Source: a virus
Taxonomy: Duplodnaviria > Caudoviricetes
DNA length: 64,000 nucleotides
Reading direction: 5' to 3' (one strand)
IMG/VR virus record: IMGVR_UViG_3300025608_000015
Span: 1-64,000 of that record
The notes beneath the pieces are model-generated. The model was not told the origin of the DNA and ran no database searches. It saw only the letters and a program-made list of their open reading frames with translations. Every line of letters starts with the position of its first letter. Positions within the stretch are counted from its first letter, which is position 1. This document shows, piece after piece, positions 37,037-45,308 of this stretch. The position numbers and the translations under genes are program-made.

Positions 37037-38473
37037 TTAACCGTTTAAATCAATACGCCAACTTGATTTTGGATATTCGCCGTCGATACTGAGTAACCAG
37101 TATTCTCCGGTCCACTTATATTGAATGCCTGTGTTAAGATTAGTTGTATAAACAGGATCTGTAGTTTCGCTAGCGTCGAATACTGTAACCCATGAAGATC
37201 CTGTCCATTCTATAATGTCATTTTCGTAACCTACAAAGTCACTTCCGTTAGAGTTTTTCCAAGCATCGGGTCCGTCTACATTATTTTCATTGCCAATATC
37301 ATTTAACAATAAAATTCTAACACCTGTTGTTTTAATATCTGTAGGATTACGTTTTTGTGGATCAATAATATAATCGATGCTGGTCCAGCTATTTTGATTT
37401 CTAGCAGGTCCTTCAATCACTGTGTCATCAGGGAAGCTATCATTATCCCAGTTAACAATTAACTGTGTTTCATCTAATTCATTATGAGTAAAGGTACCAG
37501 TGTATACACTACCTGTGTCCTTGTTAGACAAATATATTCTACTGATATCTGCTTGGTAATCTCCAGGTACATTATCTAAAACGTTACGCCAGTTAGTAGT
37601 TCCAATTTGATTTTTACTAATAAGTCTAAGTATGTTACCGTCTACATACACGCCTAGATCTGCATAATTTGTACTAAACACAGTTGCTCCTGTTGCAGTA
37701 TCAGTTTGCACGTCATCTTCTGTAACATTAGTTCTACCAGGTGTAGGTGAATCGTCGTAGGCATTTACTTGTGGTTGAGTAAGGCCTAAGTCAATTGTTC
37801 CTTGTTCTTCGTTAAAAACACTGGTAATAATATCTGTAATAACTCCAAGTCTTTTAACTTTAACTGGGGGAGATATGAATATTGGTGTACTAAATTGCAG
37901 AGTAGCAACGTCTATGTCACTGTCAACGCCTACCGGTATACTTCTACTAGAAAAAGTAGTACCTTCTAAATTTACAACACTTAAACTAGTCCAATCAATA
38001 TAATTATCTGTGGTTTGTATTTCAAAACTTGGATTAAATAATGTTAATATTTGTTCTAAAATTTGTAATTTTTGATCTGTGTTAGTCGACCAAATATCTA
38101 CATTCATACTAAGTGTATAAGGAGTAGGCATTAATCTTTCTACAGTGTAATTTTTACCTTGTACATTAAGATACTCATTACCATCAGTGTCAAATGCTTT
38201 TTCTCTAATATTAAGTTTGTTTACATAACTAGAATCGCTGGTTCTTGAACGATCCATTTCTAATCCTGTTACATACACTGCCATTCTAGGAGCACTTGGT
38301 ATTTTATTTTCTGAATTGTCACGAATAATATTAGCAACTTGTCTAGTCATATCTCCGTACAATACAGGAACTTGGGTAAGATTACCTCGACCATCCTGAT
38401 AAGAAAAATTACTCATTAAACGAACCATTTGAGTAATATATCTTCTAATTTGTCCGTCGTAGAAAAATTGCAT
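37037..38473 (-). CDS. gp15: Tail terminator / sheath stabiliser (T4 gp15-like) with C-terminal extension
   Basis: FFYDGQIRRY, QVPVLYG, PRMA, MPTPY.L...VDIWS....QKLQILEQI...FNPS, DIDVATL.F; adjacent to the neck genes. Confidence 0.75.
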   Translation of the reverse strand: MQFFYDGQIRRYITQMVRLMSNFSYQDGRGNLTQVPVLYGDMTRQVANIIRDNSENKIPSAPRMAVYVTGLEMDRSRTSDSSYVNKLNIREKAFDTDGNEYLNVQGKNYTVERLMPTPYTLSMNVDIWSTNTDQKLQILEQILTLFNPSFEIQTTDNYIDWTSLSVVNLEGTTFSSRSIPVGVDSDIDVATLQFSTPIFISPPVKVKRLGVITDIITSVFNEEQGTIDLGLTQPQVNAYDDSPTPGRTNVTEDDVQTDTATGATVFSTNYADLGVYVDGNILRLISKNQIGTTNWRNVLDNVPGDYQADISRIYLSNKDTGSVYTGTFTHNELDETQLIVNWDNDSFPDDTVIEGPARNQNSWTSIDYIIDPQKRNPTDIKTTGVRILLLNDIGNENNVDGPDAWKNSNGSDFVGYENDIIEWTGSSWVTVFDASETTDPVYTTNLNTGIQYKWTGEYWLLSIDGEYPKSSWRIDLNG

Positions 38474-39636
38474 TAATTATCTGCCTTTGGTCTAAGTGCC
38501 TTAGATAGGCTCTGTCTTTCTGGAACATCGTCTCCACCGATGTTATTAACGGTATTGTTATTAATGAATGTACCTTTCTGTGTTTGTCTATCAGGCCCGT
38601 TAGTCATTGTCATACGTACACCGTCTTGTACTTTAACCCAACGTGTTCCATCAAATCTAAACAAACGCTTAGGTGAAAAGTCTGTACGTAAGAAATAATC
38701 TCCAGGCTGATTTTCTGGAGGGAAACTTATACCTGCACCATATGGAGCACCATTAGGTGCTATTTCTGCATCAACTAGATATCCGTCATAACCTTGTCTA
38801 TCTGGTCTTCCATATATTTCGTCTGATATAACACTTTCTGCACTTACATCAATATCGTCTTGATCAATAGTAACTAGGTCAACACTACCGTCCTCGTTGG
38901 TTGCTAGTGTATATAAATGACTGGTATCGTATCCACTTAATCCTGCATCTGCTTCTGCTTGAGCAACAACAGCATTATTAATCTGCATTTCTTTTTCATA
39001 TGTAGATAGTAAATCTCTTAGGCTTCCTTCTTCCGGAGCGTCTTCGTTTGCAGGAAGATCTAATATTTCTTTGTATTCTTGACTATCTACTATTTGTTTT
39101 AGTTTTAATCTATATAAATGTGGATACCAAGTTTGACTAAATCCTTCTGCAGCACGGTTAACATCTTCTACAACATAAAACCTTTTTAACGCAGTACTCA
39201 AATCGTTAAGTGCATATTCGTCGCGAAGATGTGGAAGTTCTATAACATCTCCTGCTATAATTTTTCTGCCTAGGGTTTTTACACTAGAGTTAATATGAAC
39301 TGTTAAAAATAATGTATCATTGCTTAAAAATAAACCAAAAGCAGATAAATCAAAATCTATGTCTTGGATATTATAGATTCCTCTAACATTATACACATCT
39401 GGATCATATTTCCTATCTCTATTTTCTAAAAATAGCAAATCTTGAATATTAGTTTCTTTTACTACATCGTATTGTGGCTGGTCTGCTGTTGCATCTTCGT
39501 CACTAAGATTTTCTGCACCTAAATATTTGTGTACAAATACGTCAGTACCGCCAACGGTAAACATTTCATAGACTTGCTTGTCGATGAAGCTATAATCGTT
39601 GCCACGTTCTGGTTTATATAAAGATAGTCTCGGCAT
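38473..39636 (-). CDS. gp14: Neck protein (T4 gp14-like)
   Basis: Likely start MPRLSLYK at 39636 (track start 39696 overlaps gp13); IQDLLFLENRDRKYD, FDLSAFGLFL, GDVIELPH, YVVEDV....EGF...W.PHL.RL. Confidence 0.75.
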   Translation of the reverse strand: MPRLSLYKPERGNDYSFIDKQVYEMFTVGGTDVFVHKYLGAENLSDEDATADQPQYDVVKETNIQDLLFLENRDRKYDPDVYNVRGIYNIQDIDFDLSAFGLFLSNDTLFLTVHINSSVKTLGRKIIAGDVIELPHLRDEYALNDLSTALKRFYVVEDVNRAAEGFSQTWYPHLYRLKLKQIVDSQEYKEILDLPANEDAPEEGSLRDLLSTYEKEMQINNAVVAQAEADAGLSGYDTSHLYTLATNEDGSVDLVTIDQDDIDVSAESVISDEIYGRPDRQGYDGYLVDAEIAPNGAPYGAGISFPPENQPGDYFLRTDFSPKRLFRFDGTRWVKVQDGVRMTMTNGPDRQTQKGTFINNNTVNNIGGDDVPERQSLSKALRPKADN

Positions 39637-39641
39637 GTACA

Positions 39642-39658
39642 TATTTATCGGATAAATA
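39642..39658. promoter_or_regulatory. Palindromic pair of divergent late promoters
   Basis: TATTTATC-G-GATAAATA is a perfect inverted repeat giving TAAATA on each strand between gp14 and gp13. Confidence 0.7.
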
Positions 39659-39677
39659 CTATACGGAGAACTTCTAT

Positions 39678-40436
39678 ATGGCAGATTTAGCAACACAAAA
39701 ACAAGAGATATTTGATTACGTTTACGCTATGTTAGGTGGCGGAATGGTAGACGTAGAACTCGATCCTGTTCATTATGAAACTGCACTTACAAAAGCACTT
39801 ACTCGTTTTAGACAGCGTTCAGATAATTCAGTGGAAGAATCATATCTGTTTATGGAAACAGTTGTTGATCAAAATGAATACACCTTGCCAAAAGAAGTAG
39901 TAGAAATTCGTAAAATATTCCGTAGAAGCATAGGTTCTAGAACTGGTGGCGGAGACGGCGGCAGTATTTTTGAACCATTTAACCTTGCGTATACTAATAC
40001 CTATCTTTTAAGCTCGAGTAATATGGGCGGCATTGCAACATACGATATGTTTTCACAATATCAGGAATTAGTAGGAAGAATGTTTGGTAGCTTTATTGAA
40101 TTTAAATGGAATTCTACAAGTAAAAAACTTACAATGCTACAACGTCCTAGAGCAGAAGAAACACTGCTATTAATGGCGTACAATTATCGTCCGGATTCAG
40201 AATTATTAAACGATTACCTTGCAATACAATGGATCAAAGACTATACACTAGCAAGTTGTAAATTTATGCTAGGCGAAGCCCGTAGCAAATTTGCCACTAT
40301 CGCTGGACCACAAGGCGGATCTACTCTTAACGGAGATGCGTTAAAAGCAGAAGCACAAGCTGAAATGGAAAAGTTAGAACAAGAAGTAAGTCAAGCAGTG
40401 CCAGGTGGCACAGGCTACGGTTTCCTTATTGGTTAA
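39678..40436 (+). CDS. gp13: Neck protein (T4 gp13-like)
   Basis: LGGGMVDVELD..HY..AL..AL..FRQ; WIKDY.LA..K.MLGEARSKF..I.GP.GG.TLNGDALK.EA..E...LE.E. Confidence 0.85.
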   Translation: MADLATQKQEIFDYVYAMLGGGMVDVELDPVHYETALTKALTRFRQRSDNSVEESYLFMETVVDQNEYTLPKEVVEIRKIFRRSIGSRTGGGDGGSIFEPFNLAYTNTYLLSSSNMGGIATYDMFSQYQELVGRMFGSFIEFKWNSTSKKLTMLQRPRAEETLLLMAYNYRPDSELLNDYLAIQWIKDYTLASCKFMLGEARSKFATIAGPQGGSTLNGDALKAEAQAEMEKLEQEVSQAVPGGTGYGFLIG

Positions 40437-40708
40437 CGACCTTCCTTGTCGTGTACATACAATTCAATCAACGCATAGTGCAAAACTTTTAACAGATCTT
40501 TTCTGTTATAACCGTCTTTCTTACCGTAGCGTTGAGCATACTTCATTACATTACCAATACAAAAACCATCACCGTGACCTGCGTCAATAATAAACTCTGT
40601 TGCCTGAAACTTGTTTAGGCTATAATGCTCTCCGTATGTAGCATCAATGTATTCCTGAAGTTCTTTAATGAGTTCGCCTTCGTTATATTTGTAGTTGATT
40701 TTTGCCAT
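40433..40708 (-). CDS. DUF3310-like small phage protein
   Basis: HY....Q....I......GFC.GNV.KY..RYGKK.G....DL.K..HY matches the DUF3310-type pattern. Confidence 0.7.
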   Translation of the reverse strand: MAKINYKYNEGELIKELQEYIDATYGEHYSLNKFQATEFIIDAGHGDGFCIGNVMKYAQRYGKKDGYNRKDLLKVLHYALIELYVHDKEGR

Positions 40709-40730
40709 AGATGTTTCCTAGTAAAAACAT

Positions 40731-40758
40731 AGTATAACATTTTTACAAAAAATGTCAA
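40731..40758 (-). promoter_or_regulatory. Sigma70-type (early) promoter
   Basis: Minus strand TTGACA-N16-TATACT with an extended -10 TG, 22 nt upstream of the 40708 start. Confidence 0.7.
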
Positions 40759-40759
40759 C

Positions 40760-41095
40760 CTAAAAATCAGGGAGTAGATCTCCTTGTTTCCATTTAATAC
40801 CTTCTTTTTGTATTATGCGTTGACAATTGGCACAAATAGTTTTTAAGTTAGAGGGACGGCAATTATTTAAATCTCCGTCTATATGGAACACATTAAATTG
40901 TTCAGAATGCTTAGATGTAAATCCACACTTTTCGCAGGTGTCTTTTTTATTATAACCCGACTGCTTCCATTTTGGAATTCCATGTCCAAGACCATTCCGC
41001 AGACATTTTTCACAGAGCTTGCGATAATAGGTTTTATTATCTTTTTTATAATTAATTGCCGCAGGTCTTTGCCCACATTTACATAAAGGACGCAT
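40760..41095 (-). CDS. Zn-finger/HNH-like protein
   Basis: CKC..., CEKC, CEKC, FHIDGDLNNCRPSNLKTICANC. Confidence 0.75.
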   Translation of the reverse strand: MRPLCKCGQRPAAINYKKDNKTYYRKLCEKCLRNGLGHGIPKWKQSGYNKKDTCEKCGFTSKHSEQFNVFHIDGDLNNCRPSNLKTICANCQRIIQKEGIKWKQGDLLPDF

Positions 41096-41100
41096 AGTGT

Positions 41101-41106
41101 TATTTA
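41101..41106 (-). promoter_or_regulatory. Late-promoter-like TAAATA (for the HNH-like gene)
   Basis: Minus-strand TAAATA 5 nt upstream of the 41095 ATG. Confidence 0.5.
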
Positions 41107-41165
41107 CCTCACCTTTTCGGTACCTTTTTTAGGGGGTATATCACTGGTTTTTAAAATATATCTAC

Positions 41166-41171
41166 TAAATA
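41166..41171 (+). promoter_or_regulatory. Late-promoter-like TAAATA (for tail sheath)
   Basis: TAAATA 40 nt upstream of the 41212 start, which has an AGGAG RBS. Confidence 0.6.
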
Positions 41172-41211
41172 CACTAGTAACATTTCGTTTAACGAATATA
41201 GGAGAAACACA

Positions 41212-44200
41212 ATGGCATTAACATCACCAGGTGTACAGGTTTCAGTAATTGATGAGAGTTTTTACACTCCTGCTGAACCAGGCACGGTGCCAATGATATT
41301 TGTTGCATCTGCTCAAGATAAAACTAATTCAGCAGGGACAGGTATTGCACAGGGCACTTTAAAAGAAAACGCTGGAAAAGTTTATCTACTAACTAGCCAA
41401 AGAGACTTAGCCGAAACTTTCGGCGATCCAATTTTCCAAGTTGATAATAACAACAATCCAGTACATGGCGGAGAATTGAACGAGTATGGTTTACAAGCTG
41501 CATACTCATTACTAGGTGTAAGCAATCGTGCATATGTTGTACGTGCTGACATTGATTTGAATGAACTAACACCAAGTGCAGAAGCACCTGCAGGAAATCC
41601 AGCAGACGGTACATATTGGTTTGAAATTGACACAACCAATTACGGTATCTTAGAATGGAATGGAGCAAGTTCTGCTACTACAGGTGGACAAAGTTTTTCA
41701 AGCATTTCAGCAACAATTATCAATGATGCAACAGATTTAATTGGCGGTAGTGCCACATCAGATCCAAAGCCATCAGTTGGCCAAACTGGCGATTATGCGA
41801 TTGTTACAACTACTAACTTAATTAGAACTTATTACAAGTCAGGCGGAAACGCAGGTAATAACCAAGGGGACGGACAAGTTGCCGCAGGTACATGGGTAGA
41901 ACTTGGTTCAGACGAATGGAAAGCTAGTTTAACTACTGTTATTGGTACTGTTACAGCTAACCACGGCATTGTACTTGGTGAAAGTATTTCTATTAACGGA
42001 AATAACATTACTACTACTGGCACAACTGTTGCTAGTTTAGTAACTCAAATCAATAATGCAAATATTACAGGCATTAGTGCAAGGGAAACAGGCGGTGCTT
42101 TAGAACTTCGTTCAACAGGTCCAGATATTAACGTTGGATTAACTCCGATCGCAGGAAAATTAGGCATTGCAGACGGTACTTACCCTGCACCTACTTTACA
42201 AGTTAGTCCACATACAAATGTACCAACGTACAAGAGTTTTGAAGACAACAAGCCAACTGGAAGTATTTGGGTTAAAACAACTGAACCAAATGGTGGCGCT
42301 AGATTCCGAGTTAAAACATGGAATGATGCTACACTGCTTTGGGACGAAGTAACTGCTCCAGTTTATACAACTCCAGAACTTGCTCTTTATAATTTAGATC
42401 GTGCAGAAGGCGGTAAGAACCTTGCTGTAGGTGATTTATATGTTAAAGCAGACGTTGCTGAAGAAGCAGATCCGATTGCAGATTTTAAGATCTTTAGAAG
42501 AAATGCAACAGGATATGCAAGCGTAACATCAAATGCTATTACCGGCACTACATTTACAGCAACACCTGTCACAGGGTTTAATATTGCAGAAACTGTACCT
42601 GGACAGCAAAACATTAGCGCAGACGTTGCAGTAACTTTTGCTCTTGCAGGCGACTCAACTGATGCAGAAACAATTGCAGAAGCAATTAACGCAAGTACAT
42701 TAACACAAGTTCTAGCAAGTGTTGACGGTCAAAACAAACTAACAATCAGTCATGTTAATGGCGGAGACATTAAGATTAGTGACGCTAATGGATTACTAGC
42801 TGACATGGGTATTAATACTAATACAGCTAATTTCTATGCTGCACCAGCAGGTGATACATTCTATGACTATGTTATCTCTAACTGGAAGCCTTTAGTAGCT
42901 GAAAACTCTGCAGATGCTCCTACTTCTTTAACAGCAGACGGTGCATTATGGTACAGTTCAGTTGTTGACGAGTGTGATATTCTTATCCATAATGGCGACA
43001 CTTGGGTTGGCTATCAATATGATGGTGCATCTGGATTATCAACTAGCCCGGCTCCTTACTATAATGCTAACGCTAATCTAGCAACTGATCCAGAAGGACC
43101 AATTGTTTCGGCTACAGAGCCTACAACACAATCAGACGGAACCGATCTTGTTAACGGCGATCTTTGGGTGTCAACTGCTGATATCGACAACTATCCATTG
43201 ATCTACAGATACAACGGCGACAGTCTAAAGTGGGATCTATTAGACAGCACAGACCAAACTACAGACAACGGTATTCTGTTTGCAGATGCACGTTGGACTG
43301 ATGCAGGCTTAGCTGCTAACGACACTGAAAGTTCGATCACTGATTTGCTTGCTAGTGATTTCTTAGACTTTGACGCTCCAGATCCAGCACTATATCCAAA
43401 AGGTATGTTGCTGTTCAACTTACGTAGAAGCGGATTCAACGTCAAGAGATTTGTTCGTAACTATGTAGATCTTACAGCTGACAACATCCGTTATGGTGAT
43501 CAACCAATGGGCGGAACAGGCAACAATGATGCTTATTACGCACACCGTTGGGTAACTGAATCAGCTAACCAAGAAGACGGCGCAGGCTCATTCGGACGCA
43601 TTGCACAACGTAAAGTTGTTGTACAAGCTCTACAAGCTACAGTTAACTCTAATGACGACATTAGAGATGATGAAGCTAGACCGTTTAACTTAATGGCATG
43701 TCCAGGTTATTCAGAGCTTATTGGCGAAATGATCAGCCTAAACTACGATAGAGGACTAAGTGCATTTATTGTCGGTGATTCACCATTTAGATTAACACCA
43801 GATGCTACAACATTAAATGATTGGGCAAACAATGTTAATCTTGCACTAGAAGACAACGATCGTGGCCTTGTAAGTAGAGATGAATACTTAGGTATGTTTT
43901 ATCCATCAGGATTTACAAGCGACAACTTTGGTAACAACGTTGTAGTTCCTGCTTCACACATGATACTACGTACTATTGCACTAAGTGATCAGGTAAGCTA
44001 TCCATGGTTTGCACCAGCAGGTACAAGACGTGGCGGTATTACTAATGCAAGTGCTACTGGTTACATCGATAGCGAAGGTGAATTTGTAAGTATTGCACTT
44101 AACGAAGGACAGCGTGATACACTATACGCTCAGAATGTAAACCCAATTACATTCTTAAACGGCGCTGGACTTGTTAACTATGGTCAAAAGACTCGTGCAA

Positions 44201-44535
44201 GAAATGCAAGTGCATTAGATCGTATCAACGTAGCACGTTTAGTAATTTACTTACGTTCACAGTTGAACAAACTTGCTAAGCCATACATCTTTGAACCAAA
44301 CGATAAGATCACCAGAGATGAAATCAAAGGTGCAACAGAAAGTTTACTACTTGAATTAGTAGGTCAAAGAGCACTGTATGACTTCTTAGTAGTTTGTGAT
44401 GAGTCAAACAACACACCAAATAGAATAGATAGAAATGAACTATACTTAGACATTGCTATTGAACCTGTTAAGGCTGTTGAATTCATCTACATTCCACTAA
44501 GATTGAAGAACACAGGCGAGATCGCAGGCCTATAA
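41212..44535 (+). CDS. gp18: Contractile tail sheath protein (T4 gp18-like, 1107 aa)
   Basis: MAL.SPGV.VSVIDES, FG.P, ELNEYGL.AAYS.L, WFAPAG.RRG, RD.LY...VNPI, GQKT, SALDRINV.RL, FEPND..TR, VCDESNNTP.RIDRNELY.DIAI.PVKAVEFIYI. Confidence 0.95.
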   Translation: MALTSPGVQVSVIDESFYTPAEPGTVPMIFVASAQDKTNSAGTGIAQGTLKENAGKVYLLTSQRDLAETFGDPIFQVDNNNNPVHGGELNEYGLQAAYSLLGVSNRAYVVRADIDLNELTPSAEAPAGNPADGTYWFEIDTTNYGILEWNGASSATTGGQSFSSISATIINDATDLIGGSATSDPKPSVGQTGDYAIVTTTNLIRTYYKSGGNAGNNQGDGQVAAGTWVELGSDEWKASLTTVIGTVTANHGIVLGESISINGNNITTTGTTVASLVTQINNANITGISARETGGALELRSTGPDINVGLTPIAGKLGIADGTYPAPTLQVSPHTNVPTYKSFEDNKPTGSIWVKTTEPNGGARFRVKTWNDATLLWDEVTAPVYTTPELALYNLDRAEGGKNLAVGDLYVKADVAEEADPIADFKIFRRNATGYASVTSNAITGTTFTATPVTGFNIAETVPGQQNISADVAVTFALAGDSTDAETIAEAINASTLTQVLASVDGQNKLTISHVNGGDIKISDANGLLADMGINTNTANFYAAPAGDTFYDYVISNWKPLVAENSADAPTSLTADGALWYSSVVDECDILIHNGDTWVGYQYDGASGLSTSPAPYYNANANLATDPEGPIVSATEPTTQSDGTDLVNGDLWVSTADIDNYPLIYRYNGDSLKWDLLDSTDQTTDNGILFADARWTDAGLAANDTESSITDLLASDFLDFDAPDPALYPKGMLLFNLRRSGFNVKRFVRNYVDLTADNIRYGDQPMGGTGNNDAYYAHRWVTESANQEDGAGSFGRIAQRKVVVQALQATVNSNDDIRDDEARPFNLMACPGYSELIGEMISLNYDRGLSAFIVGDSPFRLTPDATTLNDWANNVNLALEDNDRGLVSRDEYLGMFYPSGFTSDNFGNNVVVPASHMILRTIALSDQVSYPWFAPAGTRRGGITNASATGYIDSEGEFVSIALNEGQRDTLYAQNVNPITFLNGAGLVNYGQKTRARNASALDRINVARLVIYLRSQLNKLAKPYIFEPNDKITRDEIKGATESLLLELVGQRALYDFLVVCDESNNTPNRIDRNELYLDIAIEPVKAVEFIYIPLRLKNTGEIAGL

Positions 44536-44540
44536 AAAGT

Positions 44541-44566
44541 GGGTCCCCGCAAGGGGACCTATTTTG
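44541..44566 (+). terminator. Rho-independent terminator
   Basis: GGTCCCC-GCAA-GGGGACC followed by TATTTT. Confidence 0.8.
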
Positions 44567-44568
44567 GC

Positions 44569-44574
44569 TAAATA
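44569..44574 (+). promoter_or_regulatory. Late-promoter-like TAAATA (for tail tube)
   Basis: Immediately after the sheath terminator, 18 nt before the ATG. Confidence 0.6.
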
Positions 44575-44592
44575 GTTATATAGGAGAATAAG

Positions 44593-45219
44593 ATGGCAAT
44601 TTCAACACTATCAAAAATTACAGTGCCACTAGCAAGTGACAGCAGTGCAGCAAGCCAAGGCTTGTTAATGCCTAAGTTACAATATCGCTTTAGAGTGACA
44701 CTAGAAAACTTTGGTGTAAGTACACCTACTACAGAATTAACCAAGCAGGTAATAGACGTAACTCGTCCAACTGTAAACTTTGAAGAAATTGAAGTACCTG
44801 TTTATAACTCTCGTGTTTACCTTGCAGGTAAGCATGCATGGGATCCAATTACATTAAACTTACGTGAAGACGTTAACAACAATGTACAAAAACTAGTCGG
44901 TGAACAATTACAGAAGCAGTTTGATTTCTTTGAACAGTCAAGTGCAGCTTCAGGTATTGATTATAAGTTTACTACTAGAATTGAAATTCTAGACGGCGGC
45001 AACGGTGCTAACACACCGAATGTACTAGAAACATTTGAACTATATGGTTGCTTTGTACAGAATGCTAACTACAACAGTTTAGCATATGCAACAAACGATC
45101 CAGTTCAGATCACACTAGCAATTCGTTATGACAACGCTGTTCAAACACCACAAGGTGAAGGTGTTGGTACTGCGGTAGGCAGAACACTAGGAAGCCTAAT
45201 CACAGGTGGCGGCGCATAA
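44593..45219 (+). CDS. gp19: Tail tube protein (T4 gp19-like)
   Basis: Follows the sheath gene; PKLQYRFRV, V..V.RP...FE, YNSRVY.AGKH.W..I...LRED, E.FELYGCF, V.ITL.IRYDNA. Confidence 0.85.
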   Translation: MAISTLSKITVPLASDSSAASQGLLMPKLQYRFRVTLENFGVSTPTTELTKQVIDVTRPTVNFEEIEVPVYNSRVYLAGKHAWDPITLNLREDVNNNVQKLVGEQLQKQFDFFEQSSAASGIDYKFTTRIEILDGGNGANTPNVLETFELYGCFVQNANYNSLAYATNDPVQITLAIRYDNAVQTPQGEGVGTAVGRTLGSLITGGGA

Positions 45220-45245
45220 TACTTTTACAAGTTGAAATGCCAGAT

Positions 45246-45275
45246 AAAAGGAGCTTTTATAGCTCCTTTTGTTTT
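45246..45275 (+). terminator. Rho-independent terminator (probably bidirectional)
   Basis: AAAAGGAGCT-TTTAT-AGCTCCTTTT followed by GTTTT. Confidence 0.75.
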
Positions 45276-45297
45276 ATGCGCAGTTAATAAAATGGCA

Positions 45298-45303
45298 TAA
45301 ATA
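45298..45303 (+). promoter_or_regulatory. Late-promoter-like TAAATA
   Basis: 5 nt upstream of the 45309 ATG with no clear RBS between. Confidence 0.5.
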
Positions 45304-45308
45304 TTATT

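Noticed and set aside
39637-39696. Longest-ORF starts in the track for gp14 (39696), second S8 (48258), 56054, uvsX (59823), 60886 and 598
   Set aside because: They overlap neighbouring genes or lack an RBS; downstream ATGs fit RBS or promoter positions better. The first ORF is open from base 1.
40760-41095. HNH gene as a mobile homing endonuclease
   Set aside because: It does not interrupt a gene, has its own late-type promoter and has atypical metal ligands. Not called a mobile element, though not fully excluded.
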